A stretch of 63,985 nt of DNA, filler included, from Globobulimina sp. (lineage: Eukaryota): the NCBI GenBank assembly GCA_003354225.1. It is 20 parts of 20 records of this genome, joined end to end, with 100 filler letters (N's around TTAATTAATTAA, not from the genome) between each part and the next. Parts side by side here need not be neighbours in the genome. Positions count along the whole stretch, not along the records: positions 1 to 3,107 come from PIVH01003709.1; positions 3,208 to 6,314 come from PIVH01003710.1; positions 6,415 to 9,520 come from PIVH01003711.1; positions 9,621 to 12,726 come from PIVH01003712.1; 16 more parts are not named here. The stretch is one strand, 5' to 3'. Both the position numbers and the translations under genes were made by a program. The notes under the pieces are model-generated. The model ran no database searches, was not told the DNA's origin, and saw only the letters and a list, made by a program, of their open reading frames with translations. Shown here piece by piece: positions 1 to 9,723 of the stretch. Position 1 is the first letter of the stretch, and each line of letters opens with the position of its first letter.

Positions 1-19
1 ATTAATATGAAATATCGCA

Positions 20-484
20 TTAATATCGCATTAATATGAATGCTTTCTTAAATACCTTATTATAATATTCCATATGTTCTAGGTCTTGTTCTGTATATTG
101 ATATTTTTTTAATCTCTCATAAACAGAACATGTGTCTTTATATTCAGTTTTTATTTCATCATCATTCGATGCAACACTTTTCATCTCAGGACAAGTATTT
201 ATATTTGGTTCATGTTTATATGCTTGACACACTCTATGATGTTCTGCGCCAATTTCAGAATATGATAAACGAAGATTGCTCATAGCTGAGATACCCAAAT
301 CAGTGATACGTTGTGTTCTTTGACTTCTTTCAATGCTAAGGTCACGATATGTTATACGTTGAAGATATATCGGGTACCCGGTTTTCGTTTGTATTTTTTC
401 TTTGATCTCTTTCGCTGTATCATTGGGGTCAACATCCAATGTGATTGTTTTATTTGGAAAATTTGTTACGAAGATTTGGAACAT
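20..484 (-). CDS. Ubiquitin-like domain protein, probably 3'-incomplete
   Basis: N-terminus MFQIFVTNFPNKTITLDVDPNDTAKEIKEKIQTKTGYP..QRITY follows the ubiquitin pattern but has no diGly. A Cys/His region follows, and a likely donor (AAG|gtattt) lies near the contig end. Confidence 0.8.
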   Translation of the reverse strand: MFQIFVTNFPNKTITLDVDPNDTAKEIKEKIQTKTGYPIYLQRITYRDLSIERSQRTQRITDLGISAMSNLRLSYSEIGAEHHRVCQAYKHEPNINTCPEMKSVASNDDEIKTEYKDTCSVYERLKKYQYTEQDLEHMEYYNKVFKKAFILMRY

Positions 485-800
485 TTGAAAACTCAGATCG
501 TCGATCCCAAAACGGTTTTTTACAAGAATTTGTATCCATCAAACGCCACAAAAAATGGATTTATACTCATATACAGGAGCAAAAAATATACTAGTTAGTG
601 ATTTAGCATATTATACAAACATCCGATCGAGTTAAAATATTAATGAATGTCACACACAAAAACCAAACTGCTAAAAAAAAACCAACATTCAAACAAACAA
701 ACACAGAAAATATATATGTAATACATTTGCCAATATATAATGTTACATTTTGATTAATAATATTTACAAGTTACAACAAAAAGAAATCATAGCATAATAT

Positions 801-3042
801 TTACATAAGATGTTCCTGACACATTCCAATATTCCCCCTCGATATTTTTAAAACATTCTGCCAATACATTTTCCGTTTTGGTAATGGAATATCCGACGGT
901 ATAATTAGCCGAAAACAATCATTTATCCCAAACTCTTTGAATTCATCCACAAGCATAATTTCCGCATATCTCCCAAACGAATCTTTAATTTGTTTAAAAC
1001 CATTCGACAACATTTGCTTTTGTTGCTTATCCATTGTAAAATACCTCTCCAATTTGAGATATTGCATTTGCCGATTCATAGCATTCACGGGCTGTGCTTT
1101 GGAGGCAGATGGCTGCGATTGCATGGCTGGCATGGACGGCATCGACTGCATACTCTGCTGCTGTCTGTGCAACATACTCATTTCCGTCTGGATCTTCATC
1201 AATTCGTGCATCATCGTATATTGCTGATAATGATAACTGCCCATAATCTGCAAATTTTTCGCCTGTTCCGGTGCTAAATTGGCCGGGAATTGAAGCTGCC
1301 GAAATATTTTCTGATATTCTTGAAAGTGATATGCCATCATTGCGTGATGTTGCTGCATATCAAATGACGGCGGCGACGACAGATTTGAATGCATAGATTG
1401 ATGCGAATGATTCGATTCAATCGATTTTTGCCGCGATTGACGCTTATTTTTGTCGCGATTGACGCCACAGATTCGACAGAAATTCTCGTGCATTCCATTT
1501 GAAAATGTGCACTGCCCACAAGACCACTGATCGTTTTCTAAATTATCATCCATATTAATAGTCGCATTCAGCAATACATTGACTGCATCATCGCCTGCCG
1601 CTACTTGAGACTTTTATATATGTTTCAAATCATAACAGGTAGATACATGGAAGTATATATTTGGTGCATACCGCCGGGTTGCTGATAGATTGCAGTAAAA
1701 CCGGTGATTTTGGTGATTTAGAACTGGTGTTGCTAGTAACCGTGGTTCTGTCGCGCATATCATCCGCAGACATACTATTCTCGTCTGCAAAACATTCAAT
1801 ATCGATGTTATTTATACTCAAAATCTCCGACGCTGTGGATTTTATGTGCTGTTTCACATTCTGCTCATTTTGTACTGCTGCTGGTGATGGAATGATAACG
1901 TTGCCGTCGGCGTCAATATGCAACAACTTGATTTTTATTTTATTGATATTATTGTCCTTTGAAATTATGTCATACAAATTATCCTCGTCACTGAGCTCTC
2001 GCGTATCAAAATATAGCACACATTTTAGCACTTTGACGTCGATATTTCTCCGTTTGATCACTTTTGAAATCACATCGCTTTGCTTTGTCTCGCGTTGAAT
2101 GGGCACTGTGATATATGTTAAAGCATCGATGTATAATTTAATAAGAATCATCTCCGATTTTGTTTTTTTGCTTTGTTTGCCATCATTTACGAGCTCTGAA
2201 AACTGAATTTTTATTTTATTTTCAGTTGGGTCCGTTTCTAAGATTTCGTAAATACTTTTTTCATTCTCGTCCATTGCTTTTCCATCATAATGTAACTCAA
2301 CATTTGTCTTATTTGTATTAATATTTCTCCGTTTGATCACTTTATTGATCACATCACTTATTTTGGTATGTTTTTGTATGGAAATAGTGATATAATTCTT
2401 GTCATCAATGTGCAATTTCAACAACAATAATTTATCTTTTTTTTTCGCGTTTTTATGTTTATTTTCATCGTCTTGAATCTGTTGCATTTTATCCGCCATT
2501 TCCTTCATTTTCAATATCATAAAATTATCATTATAATTGCCAGCGTCTTTTTTCTCGTCCTTCTCCTCCTCATCGTTGCTTTTTTTCTCCTTATTCATCT
2601 CCATATGTTCCATATGAGCGAGTATCTCCAATATCTGCGGCGGGCGCACATTTTGCAACGATTTCAAACGAAATCGGCTCAAATCGTCATTTTTATCATT
2701 GATATCTTGTAAATCACCACCCGGCGTAGTATACTCCTCCTTATTGTCATCCTCGTCGTCATCGTCATCTTCCACATCCACAATAATCGGTATTTTATAT
2801 TTGAAATCAACCAAATAACTGCCTCTGATATTGGTGTAAGATTGGAACAATTTGGAATAAAATATCAGCGCATCCTGCTGCGTCTCAAACTTAATTGCAA
2901 TCATTTTAGAGGGCTCAATTAATAATAATCCATACTTAAAACCACTTCGTTCCCCATTTACATCGGGGATGATGTCAATTTTCTGTATATCCCAGGCACG
3001 CTTAGCATGTATAAACGTGCTGTTATTATCCCGTACGGGCAA
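801..3042 (-). CDS. Multidomain protein: PH/EVH1-like region, two ubiquitin-like (RBD/RA-type) repeats, RanBP2-type zinc finger, Q/M-rich linker; 5'-partial
   Basis: ORFs 1630-3042 and 801-1574 join in frame through a phase-0 intron at 1611-1671 (gtatgc...aaaag; NPA|SQVAAG). The repeats are KLHIDDKNYITISIQKHTKISDVI and KLYIDALTYITVPIQRETKQSDVI. WSCGQCTFSN-x5-CRICG matches the RanBP2 finger. Confidence 0.75.
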
Positions 3043-3107
3043 TGGATTGATATGGAATGTGAATAATTTGTTGTTAAAGGTATAAAAATAGGAAGATTTG
3101 CCCGCAA

Positions 3108-3207
3108 NNNNNNNNNNNNNNNNNNNNNNNNNNNNNNNNNNNNNNNNNNNNTTAATTAATTAANNNNNNNNNNNNNNNNNNNNNNNNNNNNNNNNNNNNN
3201 NNNNNNN
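3108..3207. other. Artificial contig linker N44-TTAATTAATTAA-N44 (first of 19)
   Basis: The same 100-nt spacer, with stops in all six frames, recurs every ~3.2 kb (starts near 3108, 6315, 9521, 12727, 15933, 19139, 22344, 25549, 28754, 31958, 35162, 38366, 41570, 44774, 47977, 51180, 54382, 57584, 60786). Confidence 0.99.
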
Positions 3208-3755
3208 AACGGCGATCCAATGTAAATAGTTTGACATAAAACCATCAATGGCACGCTTTCCTGCTCATAACATTTCCATTGTTTTGTTGGCAAATCTAAC
3301 ACAGAAAAGTCACAGTTTGTGCCAGACATAACATATAATTTATCGTTTTCAGCATCGATTGCAGAAGCATGCCACATTGGATTTATGTCTAAGGGATAAT
3401 CGCAATATTTTATAAATTTGTTATCTGATATATCAAATGCGTGAATACAATCATCTGAAAATATTGCGGAAATAAGAATATATGCTTTGTTGTGGTATTT
3501 GTCATAGTAAAAGAAGGGTGGCGGATAACCAAATGTTAAATCTGGTGGAAGTTCTAACACTTTATAGTTTAATGTGTGACTATTATAAGCAGCTATTCTG
3601 TTGGATGTTTTTTTGATCCATTCTTCGTATTGATCATCATACCCATCATAATGTATTTTAATTTTGTCATCATTACGCTCAACTATGGTGCAAGCGTGCC
3701 ATTCTTCTGTGTACTCGTCGTCATAAACATCCACTTTTTTGCCTATTTTGAACAT
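3208..3755 (-). CDS. Tudor/MBT/chromo-barrel-like domain followed by Kelch-like repeats; 3'-truncated
   Basis: FKIGKKVDVYD..WHACTIV..IKIHYDGYDDQYEEWI is a royal-family pattern. HASAID..KLYVMSG..VLDLPTKQW resembles a Kelch blade. Confidence 0.75.
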
Positions 3756-3922
3756 TAGTTGCTGCCCAAAGTTTTGTAATATTGTGGTTTTTTAACAGTT
3801 TAACAGCATGGACATTTCTAAAGATTACTACCACATTCTGCTGCATTACCTGATGAAGGACAATTAATAATTGATGTAAATCGTTTAGCTCATAATTTGC
3901 ATCTGTTTCAATATAAAAAGGA

Positions 3923-6022
3923 ATGTCTGAAGATTTATCAGATGACGGAAGTATTTCGTCACTTAGTTCTTATTTCTATAAAACAAATGGCAAAGATACA
4001 GAAGAAGTCGACAGAGAAGCAATAATCTCAGATGATGATGGCGATGAATGTTGTGATGAATATGCCGATCTAACAGATTCGATGGATATTGGCATGGACG
4101 ATGATGAAGAAAATACAGAAACAATAAATCACAACAATGACAATTTGTGGATTGATGCAGAAACAGTTACAGATTCATTACAAAATCTAAACGATCCTGG
4201 ATCGATTTTAAATCATTTTCAGAACTTATATCAAATCGAAAGTAAAAAGTCCAAACAAAAACGAAAAGCAAAAATAAGAAACAGTAATAAACAGATTCGT
4301 AGTTTTTCCTTATCACCAAAACATACCATAAATCGTGAAAAATTAATAAAAATGAAATTAAACAAAGAGCGGAATAATAACAATGATGCTCATTCCATCC
4401 GTGGGCTCTCCGGAAGTTTAATATTTTCCTCAGAAGAAATTCATGACCGACGATATCGAAAAAGAAAGCTATGCGAAGCTCAAATACGTAAAGAACGAAA
4501 TAATGAATGCATATTTAAACCAGAAATTGATCGTAAATCGATTGGAATTGTTGACGAAAAACGAAAAAATAAACGTTTTTTACAAATTGTTGCCGAAGAT
4601 ATGGATCACCGAAAAGAAACAATAAACAGATTACAAAAAGAGCAGAATGACAATGTAATGGACGATGTTACTTTTAAACCACAAATAAATGATACAAATA
4701 CAAAACAATACAACGATTTTAAGAATGTATTTCAACGTTTATCAACATCACAATCTCCGAATCGAAATACAAAGATTTATAGAAAAAATACATATAAACA
4801 GCACAATAATAATAGAGATATTACACATTTTACATCACCGCATAGAATCAAACAAATCTCAAATCGTTTATATAGTAATCACGAAAAAATCCAATTAAAA
4901 AAACAAATCCATAAAAAAAACATTGAAAGAGAAGAAGAAGAAAAACGAATTAAATCGAAAGTTTTAAATAATTCGAGAAGGATAATCGTAAATGCATTTT
5001 TAACAAAATTTAAAAATATTGCAACCAAACAAAAAAATGGCAATCGAATAGTCGATGATTATACATCCTTTAGTTATGATCAAATTGAATATTCCTTTGA
5101 AGAGATTGGGTTTTCTGATCCAAAAATATTAAACAATAAATATTTAAGAAAGAAATTAAATAAAAACGATAAAAACCAAACCGATTTGAAATCAAAAACA
5201 GATCATTTAATACAACAATTAATCGCCATTTTAGATCCAGAATGTCATGGTTCAATAAGTTGGCGTGCACTAAAACGTTTTTTCAAAAACATTGCATCAA
5301 ATCCTGCCAATTTTAATAGCAATAAAGATTTATATCAAATTATACAATGTTTGTATGTGAATAAATTATTGAATAATAAATCTGAAAAACCCGAAAGTAA
5401 TGAAAATAAAATAAAATTAAATAAAAAAAAATTTATACAAAAATGGGACACTCAAATTGAAAAAAGGCAAAACAAATTGCAAAAAAATGAGGAGTTAAGA
5501 AAACAACGAATTGAGGCTGAGAAAAATAAAGAATTGTCGCAATGCACATTTTCACCAAAAATTAATAAAAAAGCAACGAAATTGTTGTTATCCAAACGTA
5601 TGCATAGTAATGATGCGTATGAGGAAGAAGATAGTTTTAGCAGCATTTTGGTTGATGTTCCTCGTTTTGAACAACTGTACGAAGAAGCACAAGATAGACA
5701 AATACGGCAAAGTAAAAAAATTGTTGCAAAAAAATTAGAAAAAAATAAGGAGTATAAATCATATACGTTTCAACCAAAAATTAATAAATGCAAAGAACAT
5801 AAGAATGGCGAAAAAATTAAAAGGCCGCAAGGATTCGATGAAGCAATATTAAGATTATCGGAAGGGAGAATAAGAAGAAAGCAACAAGATATTCAACAAG
5901 AATATAAACAGAAAAAATTAGAAATACAATGGGAGAAAAGATCAAAATGGCTAAAAAAACAAAAGGAAGACAAAAAAGATCAAGTTGAAGAATTTTATAA
6001 TATGAACAAAGAGAATCTCTAA
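3923..6022 (+). CDS. 699-aa coiled-coil protein with four TFxP-type repeats
   Basis: Intact ORF with ECIFKPEI, DVTFKPQIN, QCTFSPKIN and SYTFQPKIN repeats, two followed by VFQRL/RFEQLY-type helices, as in protist cytoskeletal/ciliary proteins (inference). Confidence 0.7.
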   Translation: MSEDLSDDGSISSLSSYFYKTNGKDTEEVDREAIISDDDGDECCDEYADLTDSMDIGMDDDEENTETINHNNDNLWIDAETVTDSLQNLNDPGSILNHFQNLYQIESKKSKQKRKAKIRNSNKQIRSFSLSPKHTINREKLIKMKLNKERNNNNDAHSIRGLSGSLIFSSEEIHDRRYRKRKLCEAQIRKERNNECIFKPEIDRKSIGIVDEKRKNKRFLQIVAEDMDHRKETINRLQKEQNDNVMDDVTFKPQINDTNTKQYNDFKNVFQRLSTSQSPNRNTKIYRKNTYKQHNNNRDITHFTSPHRIKQISNRLYSNHEKIQLKKQIHKKNIEREEEEKRIKSKVLNNSRRIIVNAFLTKFKNIATKQKNGNRIVDDYTSFSYDQIEYSFEEIGFSDPKILNNKYLRKKLNKNDKNQTDLKSKTDHLIQQLIAILDPECHGSISWRALKRFFKNIASNPANFNSNKDLYQIIQCLYVNKLLNNKSEKPESNENKIKLNKKKFIQKWDTQIEKRQNKLQKNEELRKQRIEAEKNKELSQCTFSPKINKKATKLLLSKRMHSNDAYEEEDSFSSILVDVPRFEQLYEEAQDRQIRQSKKIVAKKLEKNKEYKSYTFQPKINKCKEHKNGEKIKRPQGFDEAILRLSEGRIRRKQQDIQQEYKQKKLEIQWEKRSKWLKKQKEDKKDQVEEFYNMNKENL

Positions 6023-6414
6023 ACTTCATTGTTATAAATCATTGTACCTTTATTTGCGATATATAATTTATATATAAGTTTGTCACACAAGAATCATCTA
6101 TCTGTACATCAAGAAATTGTGCAAAAATCTTTGACTAGTTTTCAGTTTGACTCATCAAAAGTGTTTATAATTAATAAATTATTAATAATTAATAATTGCA
6201 AAAAGAAACATCTTATTCATTTTAGCAATTTATTTGCAGTTTGACAAGTCACATATGATAAATATTTGTTTTTCGATTTAACAACAACACGACATGCACC
6301 ATGGCCATCATTTGNNNNNNNNNNNNNNNNNNNNNNNNNNNNNNNNNNNNNNNNNNNNTTAATTAATTAANNNNNNNNNNNNNNNNNNNNNNNNNNNNNN
6401 NNNNNNNNNNNNNN

Positions 6415-7681
6415 GGGCCACTGTACCCATAAGAAGATAGCCTAACCTTGAGTAAACCATATAAAAACCTTCAGTTATTTTCTCGGGAGCACCGTCAATT
6501 ATTTCGAAATAATAGTTTATTCCGATTAAAATATCAATTGTTACGTCCTGAGTCTTAGTCGTGAAAGGTTCAGCTACCGTAACATCCTTTAACTTTGCAT
6601 ATTTGGACGGATTAATTGCGATCTTTCTGATCGGACCTGTGATTACATCCTTAACATCTGCCTCGATAGTTTTATATGTTCTGTCCTCTAATTGTATCTC
6701 TATTTCTACTATGGGAATTTTATGTGACTCTTTGTTTCCTAAACCTTGATTTGTAATTGATTTGTATCGAATTGGTTTTAGTTCTAATTTATCGCATAAT
6801 TCCTTTGTAATTGAAGAACTTTGTAACCCACCGCCGAACAAAAGTCGAGATTCATATGCTCGTTTTGTGTGACTATTTCTTGCATATGTATAAGCTGTCA
6901 TTAACAAAACGTCCTTTTCCGTAACTTCATCTTTGTACTCGACATTATTTATATTGTTTGTTTCCTTTGTATTTAATTGTTCTGTTTCTTCCGACCGACA
7001 AATAGCTGTGCCCATAAATATTGTTTTTACTTGTGTTTCATCCGTATGACCTGTCGACTCTACATCGTGTTTACTTTTATCAGCTTCGATTATTTGTGCC
7101 TTTACATTATTTATTTGAATTGGACATAAACTGATGTTGTGAGGTCGAAAACAAATTTTACAGTCTGCTTTATCTGCACATGCAAATGGTAAATGACCTC
7201 CTTTCATGCAGTAGAAACATAGTTCTAATTCTATTGTCCGTGTTTTGCGTGAATTTAAATCCTTGTATGTGTGACAATTTTCCGACAAATGATTTAGTGA
7301 ACAGAAACTACATGCCTTTATTGGCTTTATGTCAATCGTATTTTGTTTCCGTTTCGTTGCACTTTCTGTTGCCTTCTGAGTTTCGATTTCATGTTTTAAT
7401 TGTTCGAGTATATATTGAAGTTTATGTTCTTTTGATTTAACCTTTTCGTGTAATTTAGCCTTTAATTCTCGATGTAACCTGAATAGAATTGCCGATACTA
7501 ATTTGGACTCATCCCATTCATCTCTAATTTGGACTAAACCTTTAACTTTGTCATAAAAATCCTTTAATTGTAAGCTATTGTATCCTTTCCACATGTTTGG
7601 TAAATCATATACCTTTTGTATAGCTTTCTGTGTTTCTATGCGTAAACATGTTAATTTATCCTGTTCCTTTGATTTAGTCAT
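6415..7681 (-). CDS. gag: Bel/Pao Gag-protease, short Gag, degenerate catalytic site; 3'-truncated
   Basis: Knuckles CSFCSLNHLSENC, CFYCMKGGHLPFAC and CKICFRPHNISLC. Protease region RLLFGGGLQSSSIT corresponds to consensus LxDSGSQxSFIT, followed by IDILIGINYY and SRLGYLLMG. Confidence 0.85.
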
Positions 7682-8251
7682 TTTTGAAAATGTAAGCGTG
7701 TTTTATTATACACGGCCGTATCTTTGTGAACGTACAACCGCGATTCCTTATACCTTGTACCTGTACCTTTGACAATGAATGCACACACCGACGATAACTT
7801 ATGTATGTGTGTGACTTTAATTACAACGACGTAAACTTATTTTGTTTTGTACGCAATTTCTGTTGACGAAATGAGTACGTTATTTGAGCTTTTTTGCTTT
7901 ATTGCGTTTGCTCTACCTTGACCTATCCGTGTGTTTACGTGATGAATGAATGTGCACAGTGACGATACTTTATCTACGTGTGTTTTGTTTTGTTGTAGTT
8001 GACTGCTATCGATAGCTAATCAACCTCTTGAGAAAACGAATTTATTGTGCTTTTAGTTTGTTCTTCCTTTACCTTTATCGTATTATAAACTTTTAGTTTA
8101 TGTCTTATTTCCTTTGTTGTATTACAAACTGTTCGCACTTTCTTTATTTTTATTTGTACTGTGTATCCTTGTTTTTGATTTGTTTTTACACATGTACTCA
8201 ATTATACTATGCTGTCGATAGCACAGTAGCCTAACCTTGACCTTGCCTTAA

Positions 8252-8267
8252 CGTGCCTCGGTCACCA
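8252..8267 (-). promoter_or_regulatory. Primer binding site TGGTGACCGAGGCACG
   Basis: A TGG-initiated sequence directly after the LTR end, complementary to a tRNA ending ...GGUCACCA (tRNA-Trp-like; identity tentative). Confidence 0.7.
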
Positions 8268-8270
8268 ATT

Positions 8271-8485
8271 TGTTACGTCGGATGTAACAAGTGAGATAAA
8301 AAGCAAGAGAAAGTAGACGACACAACTGATCGCTAACTAAACTTTTACTTTAAACTGAAGAGACAGCTCAGGAGTGAGCGAGCGCATTACATCCGGATAT
8401 TCTAGAACAATACTACAAGCTATATGCAAATAATTTAGATCACGTGACTAGCGCTAAATACAAAACTCAACACTCCCGAACAACA
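8271..8485 (-). repeat. Putative 215-bp 5' LTR (TGTTG...TAACA)
   Basis: TG...CA termini with TGTT/AACA inverted ends, lying 3 nt upstream of the PBS. The second LTR is not in the contig, so the outer boundary is inferred. Confidence 0.72.
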
Positions 8486-8528
8486 AGTTATTGACATGAC
8501 AATTTATATATAGATCAAGACCTAAAAA

Positions 8529-9515
8529 TCAATCAATATTATTTTCTTCTTCTTTAAATCTTGTTCTTTGCGCCACATCGGATCGTCTCTTGAATCCGGG
8601 GGTCCATTCTTCATTCGATTCATGGTCCTTGAGATGAGCATCGGTCCATGAGCGTGGTTCTTGCCGTCGCCGAGTGCCAGGGATCTTGAGTCGTTCCATT
8701 TGGTTTGACCATTGACCTCCGTCCATTCTTGTTGACCATTGACCACTGTCCTTGCTTTTGGATTGACTGTATCGTTTCGATTTGATGTGTGGTCGTTTGT
8801 ATGAAGTAAATATTGATGTGCGCCGTTTGTATGCGCGTCGATTCTTCATGCGTCGTTTCCATTTATTACGGATATTTTGCTCATTTGACGCCTTTGTCTT
8901 ATTTGTTATTTTACGACTTGTACGTACCATACCTTTCAATTTTCCCAAACGTGCAGGCTTTTTACGCCGTATGACTGGTGGTTTATCGATATCTATTTTA
9001 TGCAACATGTCGTGTGACTGTAATGATTTATTTTCGACCGTACACGATGATTCAATGCTGCTTTGACTGTTTTCAACGATTTTATCAAATGTTTCGGACG
9101 ACTTTACACTTGGTTCTTTATTTATCGAACTTGATAACAACAATATAGGAGCTACAAGATCGTAACTACCTATACTCTCCTCAGTCGGTAGTCCTCCCAC
9201 AACGAAATGTTCAACTTGACTGACACTGGGGGATACTATATCTTTGTAGACTTTATTACTTTCATGTTCATATGCATTCGAGTCTGTATTTTCGACTATT
9301 GCTTCTGTGTTTGACATGACTGAATCTACTTTTATCTTTTTATTTACTGTTTGACTGTCCGAAATGTCGTTTGATTTATCATTATTTTCATCTTTATGCG
9401 CTTTACTATCATCTAATGTATGTGTGGCTTTGCCTTTGACCGGAATACTTATAGACGAATCGTAATTTACATGTGTGTTTATATCTTGGGGTGTCCGACC
9501 GCTGTTACTCCCCAT
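8529..9515 (-). CDS. Low-complexity ORF of unknown function, S/D/N-rich then K/R-rich; possibly the tail of another retroelement
   Basis: 328-codon ORF with no recognisable domain and short GQWS repeats (ggtcaatggtcaa). Confidence 0.4.
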   Translation of the reverse strand: MGSNSGRTPQDINTHVNYDSSISIPVKGKATHTLDDSKAHKDENNDKSNDISDSQTVNKKIKVDSVMSNTEAIVENTDSNAYEHESNKVYKDIVSPSVSQVEHFVVGGLPTEESIGSYDLVAPILLLSSSINKEPSVKSSETFDKIVENSQSSIESSCTVENKSLQSHDMLHKIDIDKPPVIRRKKPARLGKLKGMVRTSRKITNKTKASNEQNIRNKWKRRMKNRRAYKRRTSIFTSYKRPHIKSKRYSQSKSKDSGQWSTRMDGGQWSNQMERLKIPGTRRRQEPRSWTDAHLKDHESNEEWTPGFKRRSDVAQRTRFKEEENNID

Positions 9516-9723
9516 TTCTANNNNNNNNNNNNNNNNNNNNNNNNNNNNNNNNNNNNNNNNNNNNTTAATTAATTAANNNNNNNNNNNNNNNNNNNNNNNN
9601 NNNNNNNNNNNNNNNNNNNNGTTCAAAACAAATACAAATTAGTAAATGATAAGATTTATAAAATAAAAAATATGAACGGAATCTATGTCAGCTAATCTAA
9701 GGAATATTTGATATCAAACTTCA

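Larger units (their letters stand above)
6415..8485 (-). mobile_element. Bel/Pao LTR retrotransposon, 5' half (LTR, PBS, UTR, gag-protease)
   Basis: LTR, PBS and a gag ORF with three Bel/Pao-type zinc knuckles plus a DUF1758-like protease occur in the expected order. Confidence 0.88.

Noticed and set aside
3108..3207. Regularly spaced TTAATTAATTAA repeat as a biological array
   Set aside because: It is flanked by fixed-length N runs and is an artificial linker. ORF tails reading XXXN or XXXLIN are artefacts.
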